Source: Anthoceros angustus | Lineage: Eukaryota > Plantae > Anthocerotophyta | Assembly (NCBI GenBank): GCA_010909165.1 | Contig: VJWM01000118.1 | Span: 1-64,000 of the forward strand | DNA: 64,000 nucleotides | Direction: 5' to 3' | In this document: positions 50,657 to 61,899 of the stretch, in pieces | Layout of the letters: each line of letters begins with the position of its first letter | How positions within the stretch are numbered: position 1 is the first letter of the stretch | The notes under the pieces: model-generated | The model's database searches: none | Seen by the model: only the letters and a program-made list of their open reading frames with translations | Told to the model about the DNA's origin: nothing | Translations under genes and position numbers: made by a program

Positions 50657-52087
50657 GTGCAGATTGAAGTGAACAATCACAGCTATGCGTGACCTCAGAC
50701 GGATGCTGTACCAGTACTTCAGGGACAGAATGCGAGAAGATGTAACGTAGTCCTTAGAGTTATTGTCAGGCACAGCTATCGATCTTTCAGGCTTGAGCAG
50801 TGTTGTTTTGTGCAGATGCTTAGATTGTTGAACTTCCAGCACTGCCTTCTCTTTGTACAGACGGGTAGATTTTTGTTGTGTTGTATGATGGAACAATTTT
50901 GGACTCTGCAAGGCAGAGCGTGCTTTCAGCATTGCGGCCGCAGACTGGTCCCTGATTTTAACTGGAATCGCATGCAAAAGGCAGATGACACTGGTGTGAT
51001 TACATCCATAGTTGAATATCGGAGGTATTGGATGGTGGATTCCGTTGCCGCAACAAGTGTAGGGCCTTTGGGCTTGCAATGTGTGCTTTCAGCATTTGCG
51101 AGAACTGCACGTCCGCAAATTGAGCAGGAATCGCGTATACATCCGCGTGCACGGCACAGTACGCTGGCTCGATTTCTTCCCGCGACATTCTCTGGCTCAG
51201 AACGAGTGTTGTTGAAGACGTCCTTGCGTGATTCGTGTTCCGCGTGTTCAATTTCGATTCATCACCACATTTCTATCTCGGTGATTGCGTGCGTGCATAT
51301 GACGATACACGTACCGTGCATGTGAGAACTTCAGAGTCAGACCGTGCCCTTGGCTATTAATCTTCTGCGCAAGGGTTCGCTCGTGCAAGAGTTCTCGGGT
51401 GGAGTCTGGAGCATTCCTTCCTTCCCTACATCGCGTCGTGGTTTGGAAAGTGCATGTTTTTGCAATTGAGAGGTAGACCGTCACGTGCAGGGAGGGGCCT
51501 GCCAGGCACTACCACGCCTCCTCTGCAGTTCTCTGAGCTTGTTTTCTCAGGATTGAGACGCTGACAACTCCCTCCTTCCGTTATGTTGTGCGTGCTTTGA
51601 GCTGACGTTGCGTTTTGTCACGTATGGTCTGGGACCTGGCTATTTCACTACATTTCTTCTTGTAGCCGTTCGTTGGGTTTTTGTTCAGGTTTAAGAGCTG
51701 CTCAGAGCCCGGAATGCTGACGCTCAGGTCTTACAGTAGACAGGTATCCTTCGACGCAAACGTTGTGCCTTGGTTGCTCTGCTCTCTCGGGTTGCCTACT
51801 GGGGAATGCAGAGAAAGCAAAGCACCATCATAAGTCTCCAGCTTCCTGGTTGAAATACGTGTCTTTGGGGTCGGTTGTGAGTTTTTTTGTTGGCCCGTTC
51901 CTCTAGCCTAGGGCTGCACAGGTGTCCATCTTCCAATCTAGAAGTGGTGTTGGCTAGATGGTGGATTCGGGCAACTTATGACTGTTTCGCTGCAGGCTTT
52001 GCCGACAAGTGGCACGGGCAGCAATGGCAGTAAACCAAGAAGGGGGAGCATGGTGGAGCAAGAGAAGATGAGGGACTGGTGGACGAG
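50651..52087 (+). repeat. ~1.4-kb dispersed duplication, paired with 59399-60968
   Basis: tgctaagtgcagattgaagtgaac..atcacagctatgcgtgacctcagacgg.. through ..agggactggtgga.. is shared, with moderate divergence. Confidence 0.9.
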
Positions 52088-52413
52088 CGTCAGCAGTATA
52101 ATCAACCCGTGGCGTGTACTGGGGAATGATCCCTGCAGCTTGTTGTGCTCAATGTTGCTCCACACCGACTTCATGAGGTCCACACGATAAATTTCCCCTA
52201 CACCACGAAACTTCTTGAGAACAGGAGACACAGGGTGCTCCCAGCCGAAAGGCGCGGGAACTGCTTTTCGTGAGCCTCCCCCGCTCTACTGCCCCTAAAC
52301 CAGGCGACAAGGCTCAGGAACTTCTCATCTTGCGGGTAAAGGGTAAAGAGCTAGACAAAAGATAAAGTGTTCGTCTGATTGCTGCTGGTCTAGTTATCTA
52401 TTGACTTACTGTG

Positions 52414-53520
52414 CTAATCAGATAAAAAGATGACGAAAAGAACCTGACCCTGTACATAGCTGGAAATGAAAGTCGGGATACCAGCAGTTGGCACTACCAA
52501 CTGCCGACCGAACCCACGGGCCTTCAATATCCAAGTCTCAGTTGCGTAAACGGCCTCAGGAGTTCCCGGACTCCATCGCGGTTCATTATGCCACACTTCC
52601 CTGACTCAAAATGTTCAATGAGGCCAGATAACCCTGCAGCACAGTTGCAGGATGGTTACGGAATGGGTTACCATTAAGAAGCGGTGACAAGAGGGAAGGG
52701 TTGAGAGCTTACAGGAGGCAGTGAAAAAGCATTTGCGGCAACGGAAGTCCTTTGGCTCATGATAGCCAGAGTTGAGATGCTGATTTAGGCTGTACAAGTA
52801 GTCGAACTCTTTCTGGCAAAAATAACACTCGTAAAAATCTCCATTCCAAGCTTTTTCTGTTGCCCGATAATTGGTTGATACAATTACGCTGTGCATCACC
52901 ATACGCTTTGACTCATCAGTTCCAGATGGCAAAGCTATCAAGGCTCGAGAATCGTTTGGAGTAACTTACCTGCTCTCTCCACTCCACGTGAGGCGAGGAA
53001 CAGTGACGAGGTTCTTATTCCCCGACTTTATTTCCCACCTGCGTATCGTCTCCACATACTCAGCGTGAGAGAACCTTCCAAAGCATGAAGATCTCTCAAT
53101 CTGCACAGAAGAGAAAACAAACAAGTTCAGTCGCCAGACATGCTTCCATGTTCATATCAAGCAACTCTTCATGAAATGCAGGGCGAGGAGCCTGAAAAAG
53201 AGGGAAACGACTGCGTCAAAAAATCCTACGTGCTTGACGAGGGCGGATGGTGTGGAAAACTTGGCCGGGCACTTAGGACAGCTGATGTTCTTCGGCTCGT
53301 GCTTCACCTGATGATTTCTCAAGGCCGACGGAGTTTGGAAATCTCCGTCGCAGATTTCACAAAAGTTGTGCTGCAGGCTTTGAATCATGTGGGACCTCCA
53401 AGTGCGCTCCGAGACGAACACCTTGTTGCACTTGAAACAGTAGTCATGAACTGCTCTCTGATGGTCAATGACGTCTTCCGCATCGTAGAAACCGGCCCGG
53501 CACACCTTGCAGAGAAACAT
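52414..53520 (-). CDS. Multi-C2H2/C2HC zinc-finger protein, 4 exons (53520-53230, 53100-52970, 52888-52713, 52633-52414)
   Basis: GT-AG introns with consistent phases give MFLCKVC..H..VH DYCFKC..H FCEICDGDF..H..KH CPKCPAKFSTPSALVKH|IERSSC..|ATEKAWNGDFYECYFCQKEFDYLYSLNQHLNSGYH..FRCRKC..|LSGLIEHFESGKCG. The 3' end could include a further splice. Confidence 0.85.
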
Positions 53521-54184
53521 GTCGCCCGGTACCGTAATTCCGGTCCCCGCTGGTAGTCTACCTGCAAAGGGCCGCAGTCACTCAAGTGAGCAGGGCAATC
53601 TAAGCAGCAGGCAAGGCCACAAGAAAATCTCCGCCAATCGATCGTTGCACAAACAGCGAGCACCAATCAAAGAAGCGGAGTGGAGAGCATCGGGAACAGG
53701 ATGAAACACAACCCCTGGCTACCTGGCGACCAGTCCCAGCTCCCGCGGACTAGGGGCCTAGCCCGAACTAGACCCGACCTAGACGTCTTCCCACTTTACC
53801 ACTTAACGTTCAGAGTTAACATTAAAAGCGGAAAAGAGGGAACACCGTCTAGTTCGGGTTAGGCCCCAGGTCAAGCGGGATCACGGTTAACGTTCCGAAA
53901 CCTTCCTGCTCGGAACTGGAAGAGCTGATGGGACGGAGCGTTACGTCAGGCCCCGCCGTTCCATTCCCACCACTTTACATAGCAATTATCTCCTGAGAAG
54001 TACATCCCAAGACAGCTCAAAAGCCTCTTGGCAGAATCTGAAGGTTTAGCAGAAGTGCGCAATTAGCAGCGGACAGGTGTGTGTCCCAAGGAAGACGTAA
54101 ACTTTCCTACAATTCTTGTCTGCGTCCAAGAGCTACAACATTATGTCGAGGCTATGTTGAAAGAAGTAGGCAGATCAGAGGTAC

Positions 54185-55130
54185 TCACTTCCAGGTAGGA
54201 TCCATGATCCAGCAGTTGACGTGGCCATGAGTTCCAGCAGCCATGACGACTAGAGGCTCTGGTGGTATCATGCAGCGCATAGCAGTGGAGCACCTCAGCA
54301 TTGCTTGAATCCAAACTTCTTTCTTGTTCAAGGCCACAATCTGGAGTCCATGGCCGTACGTAGGACAGTGCCTGTCATCCAGCCCAGTCAAGTTCGGAGC
54401 TGCTTATTAGAAAGGCGTGGCCCGGAACTGAACTCTGCCACACAAGTCGACCCCAAAAGCCACACCCCTGCTATTCGAACGCAATATTGCCTCGCATTTG
54501 GTAGGCCGAAGTAGTCCAGCATCATGATCCCCTTGCCGTCTGGCGTGAAAAGCAGACTTTATTCCTGAGCAGTAGGTCGGAAGGGATAAGACTGTAAGGC
54601 AGAAACTCTCTCAAGTCCAGGAGCGACAATTGTTCAAACTTCAATACAGGTCACTCACCTCCTCTACAACACTGTCCTGCTTCATACCAAAGAATGACAG
54701 ACGTAACAAGGTCAAACTGTATGTCCCCAGATGCCGAATGCTCACTTCTGAAAGTGAAAAGGCTGCGGCCTCCTTCTTCAGTATTAGCGCAACACACACA
54801 TAGTTGGATGGTATCCTGACCAACACGAAGCGTCATGAACACCACAGGTGATGGACACACTAAATGCCCAACGCATTGAGGTGCAGTTGATCGAACCACA
54901 TCCTTGGAAGCAGGAAGTTGAGGCACACAAACACTTCCCAGCTCCTGTAGAACGTATGATTCCTGGTCATGTGGCTTCTCAGATCCCTGATTTGAGTGTC
55001 TGTCCTTACCAACGCATCCAGCAACAACTTCTAGCAGCTCCTGTGAGCCGTGCGCTGTGAAAGCTTGATGCATTGCTGATGGAGACTCTGGCTCTGGATT
55101 CACTGGCCTATTCCTCCGTAGCGGTACTGT
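54185..55130 (-). pseudogene. Possible spliced, degenerate gene with beta-propeller-like fragments
   Basis: Splice-like sites (GAG|GTGAGT at ~54660; ttacag acceptor) and fragments SLLFTPDGKGIMMLD and LVVMAAGTHGHVNCW, interrupted by stops. Weak. Confidence 0.25.
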
Positions 55131-55706
55131 TGGCAGAAAAAATTGCCATCATGTCATGTGCTGCCTGCTGAACAGAGGCCCGCGTGGCCCCTCGCAGACC
55201 TCCATTGTAAACCAGAGTCCATGCCACTGTGGCTTAGCCTTGTAGCCTACTGGAAACGGATGTTTGTTCCTGCCCTGCGCAATCAATCAAAACAGCTTCT
55301 TCAGAGGCCTTCAGAAGCCCCAGCTCCCCCCAAATGAACAACCAGCACTGGCCATAGCCATCAGCCCTGTTCCCTAGCACCTCAGCAGAGCATACAGTGG
55401 CCAAGTGGATTAGGTTTTAGAGCCAGGCAGGGTGATCCACTGCCGCAGCACAGGCCTTCTCCTCCTTACCCTCTCCCCCGGCCCCAGTTTGAGCTCCGAC
55501 CTCCAAGCTTCGTTTTTGGCGTTGGCCAATGCAGGCCGCGAGCAGGGGCTTGCCCGGAGATTCTGGCGCTGCTTCCGTGAAATCCGGGGCCGGGAGATGG
55601 AGTAGCGGCTGCATCACAGGCACGGGTGGTGGGCCCCCGCTGTGGCTGTGGTTCGGACTCGGAGGATTCGTGCAGCAGTGTCTTGAATTTTGCCAAGCAG
55701 GGTGGC

Positions 55707-55770
55707 GATGGGGATGGGGATGGGGATGGGGATGGGGATGGGGATGGGGATGGGGATGGGGATGGGATGG
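55707..55770 (+). repeat. (GGGGAT)n hexanucleotide repeat
   Basis: About 10 tandem copies. Confidence 0.95.
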
Positions 55771-58700
55771 TCAAGTGTTATCTATTAAATACATTTTTTA
55801 TTTTTAAGCCCATTAAATATATATGGGGGGCAGAATTGGTGCTATGCTACTGGCCAAGCCTTGCAATTAGTAAGTGGAGTATCAATTTTTATTTCCCTTC
55901 TATCAATTCTAGGAAGAGTAAAGGGATTTTGCAAGGACATTAGGAAGAGTAAAGGGATTTTGCAAGGACATTCGTCACCTCACCCAGAAGATGGAAGAGG
56001 CGTGTGAGAACATGCGCACTCTTCGTGAGGACATCCGCAGTTTTCGTGAAGAGCTTCCTCTTTATGGTTGAACTTTGATTCGAAAATTCTTGGGTTTTCA
56101 GTGCACAATTGTGCAATAAGGTATGTATGTCTTTTGGTTGAGTTGCTCATGTTTGGGTGTAATAATTGTGTCCCATGACTTCCAGTTTATTGAGGCACAA
56201 GACGAAGAAACAAACATTGTTGTTCCCATCTCGCCTATTAATAATGTCTACTCTACTTCAACAAACATTGTTGATCACATGTGAACTCCATGGTTTTGTG
56301 TATGTATTTCGTTCATATCCAATATATACATATGTACTTGGTATTATATTAGCACTGTTTAAGACAAATGATCATCAATATCAAGAGGACTAAACACAGG
56401 AATTATCTTCAATAATTACAAAGAATTGCACTTCAACCAATTAGAGAAATTTATCTTCACAATAATGAGATACATGAAGTTAGCCCTATAGCTACTCATC
56501 CCTTCGGAGTGATTTCGATCGATGGTGTAGGTGGATTAATGAAAGGTGATGAGATGTTTGTTGAGTTAGGAGTGAGTTGGTCTAGGTAAGAAACTCCCAA
56601 AAAGGGTGAGCCTCTACGTAAGACGTAAGATCGAGGTCATATACGAAAAATAGATGCTCAGTTTGCAATGTCCAATAACGGCACTGGAGTAATGAATCTA
56701 TAAGCACCACAGCCATTGGTGTATGACTTCAAATCTAACAGGCTTGGCCATATCACCTTTCGGAATAGGGGATCCCCAAACAGCTTAAATCGTTCATAAC
56801 CTTTTGGGCTTCTGTTGCTAACAATCTCAATTCGTTACTGTTCTTTTTTGCGCTTTTTCCGCCTTTGCATCCTGCATAACCTCTTGCGCTTCTCCTACTA
56901 GTAACTTAACTTCCTCTAATGTCTGATGCACGCTGTCTATGAGGGGTTTGAGATCTTTTCGGAAGTTGTTCGCGACCTTCTAGATGACGATCCCAGGACT
57001 AATAATTGCTGCAACGTTTATCACCTCGAAGGTAATGTCTACCTTCTCATTGTGTCCAAATCCACGTAGAACTATACATCCGAACGTTGTCCTGCAAAAT
57101 TCATGGATCGGGACAGAAGAGGATTTAGTGGATAGGATACTTGGGTGGTGACATCGTGATGGGGTAATGACGCCCTGTGACGACGTCCTGTGTAGAGACT
57201 TTCATTCTCGACAATTGCCTCTTGCCATGCATCATCTAGTTAAATTTAGCCTCGAGGGTACTTGAATGACATGATAGTAGGGCTACTTATGGAAAGTTGG
57301 AAGCTGTGTGGTTGTGGCCTCCCAACTTGCATATGACTTGCATGAGGCCTTTTGAAGATGCAATCCTTTCAGGGCTACATATTAATCTGCTTGTTTCACA
57401 AAGGCAATCGTGCGTGGAAGAGGAGAGGGCCTAGGTGAGAAACTCCCCGAAAGGGTGAGCTCCCCAAACTCCACCATTGGGTATGATCTTGTTGAAAAGG
57501 ATGCACGAGATGTGTGTTAAGTGCTAGGATTGTTAGCAATGGAGCATCTCTTTATATCGCGATTCGTCCTTCACAAGCCCGGCAGGAATTGTCCCAGGCG
57601 CAGGTTCTGTAGACCCTTGCGCCCGGCGCTTGGCATCAAAACTATTATTCGCTGCTTGAGGAGTGCGCGGGGAAACTCTTTTTCAGTCTTTTGAGATTTC
57701 TTTCTTAAAACAGTTTGGCAGGCGTTTTTGGATAGAATTGACTGGGAAATAAATATTCCTGTTGGGGGACGTGCCATTGTCCTAACTTGTACCTTATTAT
57801 AGTGAAGCCAAGATAGGTACGGGAAAAAGTTAGGTTTTTTATCTCACTATTTTCACGATTTTCGATGATGCTTTTCTTTTTTGTATTCTTTTCAGACATG
57901 TTCAATTTTGAGGGGTTTGAAGCATGAAGTAATGCTACTAGGCAAACCAAATTGCAAGTGGATGAGATCGGTTGAGAAGTACCAATTGGAGATGGAATTG
58001 CATGCGTGTATGGATTGAATAAGATTTAGTCAGTGGAAAAGTCGAATATACACCACAAATTCCCGGTTGTCAAATGTCATTGGAATTGAAAAACTAACTA
58101 TTATTTTTATCTAATTTTTGAGCTAATTTTCTTTTCATATCAACCAAAAATGAGATTCTTGCCAAACCTAAGTTTGCTACTCCAACCACGTTATCAATAC
58201 CAGGCCGTATTCCTTGGATATTGGAAGTCCTGGCCCCGTTACATAAGCCTATGGCCATGGGCAAGTTGGTATGTTTTTACCCCACTTAAGATGGCTAGAC
58301 GTGCTAGCTAGAGGACTGCAAAGACTAGTTTTCTTAGTGTTGATGTAGATGGGCCACAGAGGTTGGTCTAGGAGTCTTAACGAGAAAAAGTCTCTGCTTA
58401 TTCTCTGTTGTTTATTTTGTAAAACAAAATCGAACTAAAACGCAGGGTTAAGTTGAAACGCACGGTTGGTAATCAAATGAAGGCTGGAACTAGCCTTCCA
58501 CATTCTCCAAACCGAAGGCTTTATAAAACACACCACATTCCGTGGACGAAGGAATAAATCCATAAATTGCCGAGTAAAATCCCTCTAGGTGCTGTTAAAA
58601 CGTACAGACGCGACTATTTGACTATGAAGACGAGAATACGTTCCCAGCACGTCTCATAAATTGATTATAATGATATCTTGGAAATGCTACACTGACCCAT

Positions 58701-58859
58701 ATATAGCCGGTGTGCCTTGTATCTTTTGATGTCCTTATTGGCACCCCATAGTACATACTCGAGGGAATACTTTATCTGTATACATGACTTGGCCCGCATT
58801 TAACAAGAAGATTTGGAAATCGTGTCTGGTGGTTATTCCAAACTTGGATGCCCTATGTG

Positions 58860-58861
<2 letters not shown>

Positions 58862-58891
<30 letters not shown>

Positions 58892-58892
58892 A
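58862..58892. repeat. (AAG)n microsatellite
   Basis: About 10 copies. Confidence 0.95.
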
Positions 58893-59279
58893 ATTTTATT
58901 GAAGTCCACTAAGGACGGATTTCCGTCATGGGACTGAAATATGATATCTACATAGACTGCGAAAAAATAATCTGGATAAATGTAAAGGTAAAATTCAAAC
59001 AAGATGAATAATCTTCAATCAATCAACAGTGTCAATGAAATTGTGTGAACGACGGCCAAACACCACCAATTCATCCCCACGAAAGAAAGCCACTTGACCT
59101 GCAGCACGAGCTGCTCTGAAAGAGGTAACTTCTCCTTCTAAGGTAAGGCCTCCAATACTCACTCGAGAGAAAGTTGTGGGAGTGATATGTGTGATCCAAA
59201 GTTGTTTCTATTAATAAAATTAATGAAATTAATGAGGAAATTCAGGATTACGGGGGGGGAGGTGCAGGAACACGGGTGG

Positions 59280-59355
59280 GAAAGCGACTTCTCATTGCGA
59301 GTACCTAATAAGCGAGATACCGTCTTGAATGACTCGCAATGAGAAGTCCGCTTTC
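59280..59355. other. Inverted repeat / hairpin (23-24 bp arms, 29-nt loop)
   Basis: gaaagcgacttctcattgcgagt (59280-59302) pairs with actcgcaatgagaagtccgctttc (59332-59355), with one bulge. Confidence 0.9.
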
Positions 59356-59398
59356 AGCAGGAATCGCGTCTTCTTGATTCGCACGCAAAGGCAATTAA

Positions 59399-60968
59399 TG
59401 CTAAGTGCAGATTGAAGTGAACTATCACAGCTATGCGTGACCTCAGACGGATGCTGTACCAGTTCTTCAAGAGACAGAATGCTAGAAGCTGCAGCGCCGT
59501 CCTTAGAGTTTTTTTCAGGCTCAGCTATGGATCTTTGAGGCTTCAGCAGTGTTGTTCTGTGCAGATGCGTAGATTATTGCCTTTCATTACTGCGTCTTTT
59601 TGTATAGGCGGGTAGATTATTGTTGCATTGTATGATAGAGCAATTGTGAACTCTGCAAGGCAAGGCGTGTTTTCAGCATTGCGGCCGCAGACTGGTCCCT
59701 GATTTTGACTGTGATTTGAACAGGAATCGCGTCTTCTTGATTCGCATGCGAAAGGCATGACACTGGTGTGATTACTTCCATAGTTGAATATCGGAAGTAT
59801 TGGATGGTAGATTCCGTTGCCGCAGCAAGTGTAGGGCCTTTTGCCTCGCAAGGTTTGTTTTCAGTATTTGCGAGGACTTACGTCCACAAGTTGATTCCAC
59901 TATCATTTGAGCAGGAATCGCGTATACGTACGCGTGCGCGGCAAATTACGCTGGCTCGATTTCTTCCCGCGACATTCTCTGTCTCAGAAAGACGTCCTTG
60001 CGTGCTTCGTGTTGTTTGTTTGCTGCGTGGCTTCGAACTCCGCTATGTTCAATTTCGATATGTCACAGCGTTTCCATCTCGATGAATGCGTGCGTGTATA
60101 TGGCGATACATGTACCGTGGTTGTGAGAACTTCAGAGTCGGACCGTGCCCTTGGCTTTTAATCTTCTGCGCAAGGGTTTGCTCGCGCAAGAGGTCTCGGG
60201 TGGAGGCTGCAGCATTCCTTCCTTCCCTCCATCGCGTCGTGGTCCGGGAACTGCATGTTTTGGCAATTCAGAGGTAGACCATCACGTGCAGGGAGGGGCC
60301 TGCCAGGTAACACCACGCCTCCTCTACAGTTCCCTAAGCTTGTTTTCTCAGAATTGGGACGCTGACAACTCCTCCTTCAGGCTCCCTTCTTTCTAGCTGC
60401 GCTGTCCTGCTGTGAGTGCTTTGAGCTTAGGTTTCTTCTGTCACATATGGTCTGGGACATGGCTTTTTCACTACATCTCTTCTTGTAGCCGGCTTCATTG
60501 GGTTTTTGTTGAGGTTTAAGATCTGCTTAGAGCTTGGAATGCTTACGGTCAGGTTTAAGTCGACAGGTATCGTTTGAAGCAAACGGCGTGCTTTGGTTGC
60601 TCTCTTCTCTCGGGTTCCCTATTGGGGAATGTAGTGAAAGGAAAGCACCATAAGTCACCAGCTTCCTGGCTGGTGTCGTTGAGATCGGTAGTGAGTTTCC
60701 AGGTTCCTGCTGAATATGTTTTCTGGGTTCTTTTGTTGGCCCGTGCATTGGTACCTTGACTATCTCTAGCTTAGGGCTGCACAGGTGTCCGTCTGCCAAT
60801 CTGGAAGTGGTGTTGGCTAGCTCATCGCCTATGGTGGATTAGGGCAACTCATGACTGTTATCCTGCAGGTTTTGCAGGTTTTGCCGACAAGTGGCACAGG
60901 CAGCAATGGCAGTAACCAAGAAGGGGGAGCATGATGGAGCAGCAGAAGGTAAGGGACTGGTGGAAGAG
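59399..60968 (+). repeat. ~1.5-kb dispersed duplication, paired with 50651-52087
   Basis: See the partner feature. Confidence 0.9.
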
Positions 60969-61811
60969 GGTGGGATTGGTGCTATTCCCAACGCTCCTGG
61001 TGATTCTGCTGCCAAACCCGTCAGCGAGGGTGTAGGGCAGGCCACGTCCAAGTCTGCAGAGTACGAGGTCTTGAAAGGAGGGTCGGAGGAGGTTCGTAAG
61101 CAAGACTCTGACAACATGCAGGGACCAGGTGACAGTATACTCGTAGCTAAGCAAGAGAAGGGTGGCGGAAAGCCACTGGATGAAGGAGCTGTGCAATTGG
61201 CAAAGCAATTCCAAAACTGCGATGATGACCAACTGCCACCGGTAGAGAACTCTGAACCTGACTTTCTGGATGGCTATGAGTCCAGTGGCGACACAGCGGA
61301 TGATTCTGCGTATCATGAAAGTGGGTTACTGCCACTGGACATCGAGGACATCATGCTTCTTAGGGAAGCCTTCTGCTATGAGGAGACTGAGGACAATTGG
61401 GATGATGACAGTTATGGAGAGTGTGATAGCTTGAGCTTGGAGGACGTCGATAACCAAGTGAATCCAGCGCCATCTAATTTCTCAAGCAAGGAATCAGACA
61501 GTGACGAACTCCAGCCTGAAGTGTTTTCAAAGCCATGTGATTCCTCCTGCACGGAATCAGACAGTGACGAGGACGGCAAGTCAGGGTCAGTTGTTTCCGT
61601 CAGCACCGAAGGAACAAGCGACGAGCTGGAGGCGGCAGAAGACTGCGGTTATCAGTGTGACCTAAACGCCAGGTATGATCAACTGGATCGCGAAGGCGAG
61701 GCCTTTGTGAGTGATTTTTCTTCGGATGGAGCTGACGACGAATTCTCTGACGAGTTCTTCTCTGACGACTTCTCTGACGATGATGGAACTGGAAGCGATG
61801 ACTTTGATTGA
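60906..61811 (+). CDS. Highly acidic (D/E/S-rich), probably disordered protein, ~300 aa, intronless
   Basis: Uninterrupted ORF 60891-61811 (ATG at 60906) ending FSDDFSDDDGTGSDDFD*; no recognised domain. Confidence 0.6.
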   Translation: MAVTKKGEHDGAAEGKGLVEEGGIGAIPNAPGDSAAKPVSEGVGQATSKSAEYEVLKGGSEEVRKQDSDNMQGPGDSILVAKQEKGGGKPLDEGAVQLAKQFQNCDDDQLPPVENSEPDFLDGYESSGDTADDSAYHESGLLPLDIEDIMLLREAFCYEETEDNWDDDSYGECDSLSLEDVDNQVNPAPSNFSSKESDSDELQPEVFSKPCDSSCTESDSDEDGKSGSVVSVSTEGTSDELEAAEDCGYQCDLNARYDQLDREGEAFVSDFSSDGADDEFSDEFFSDDFSDDDGTGSDDFD

Positions 61812-61899
61812 TAGCCACAACATTTCTACTTTTATCTGGGGCTTTCAGCGTCGTCTTGCTATCTTTACCATCCGACGGAGATGAGGCTGTGACTTATCC

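Larger units (their letters stand above)
40331..50770. repeat. Segmental tandem unit 3 (partial; no retroelement insertions, two internal jumps)
   Basis: Colinear with the first ~7.6 kb of units 1 and 2, with jumps at ~43088 and ~46447. Confidence 0.85.

Noticed and set aside
50555-51484. ORF-track ORFs in the duplicated block as protein genes
   Set aside because: Stops differ between the two paralogous copies on both strands and no domain is recognisable.
56480-57800. Minus-strand coding remnants (..KDLKPLIDSVHQTLEEVKLLVGEAQEVMQDAKAEK..)
   Set aside because: Multiple stops and no identifiable domain; insufficient support for a call.
59280-59355. Helitron 3' end
   Set aside because: The stem and loop are larger than typical, and no CTRR terminus lies at the expected distance.
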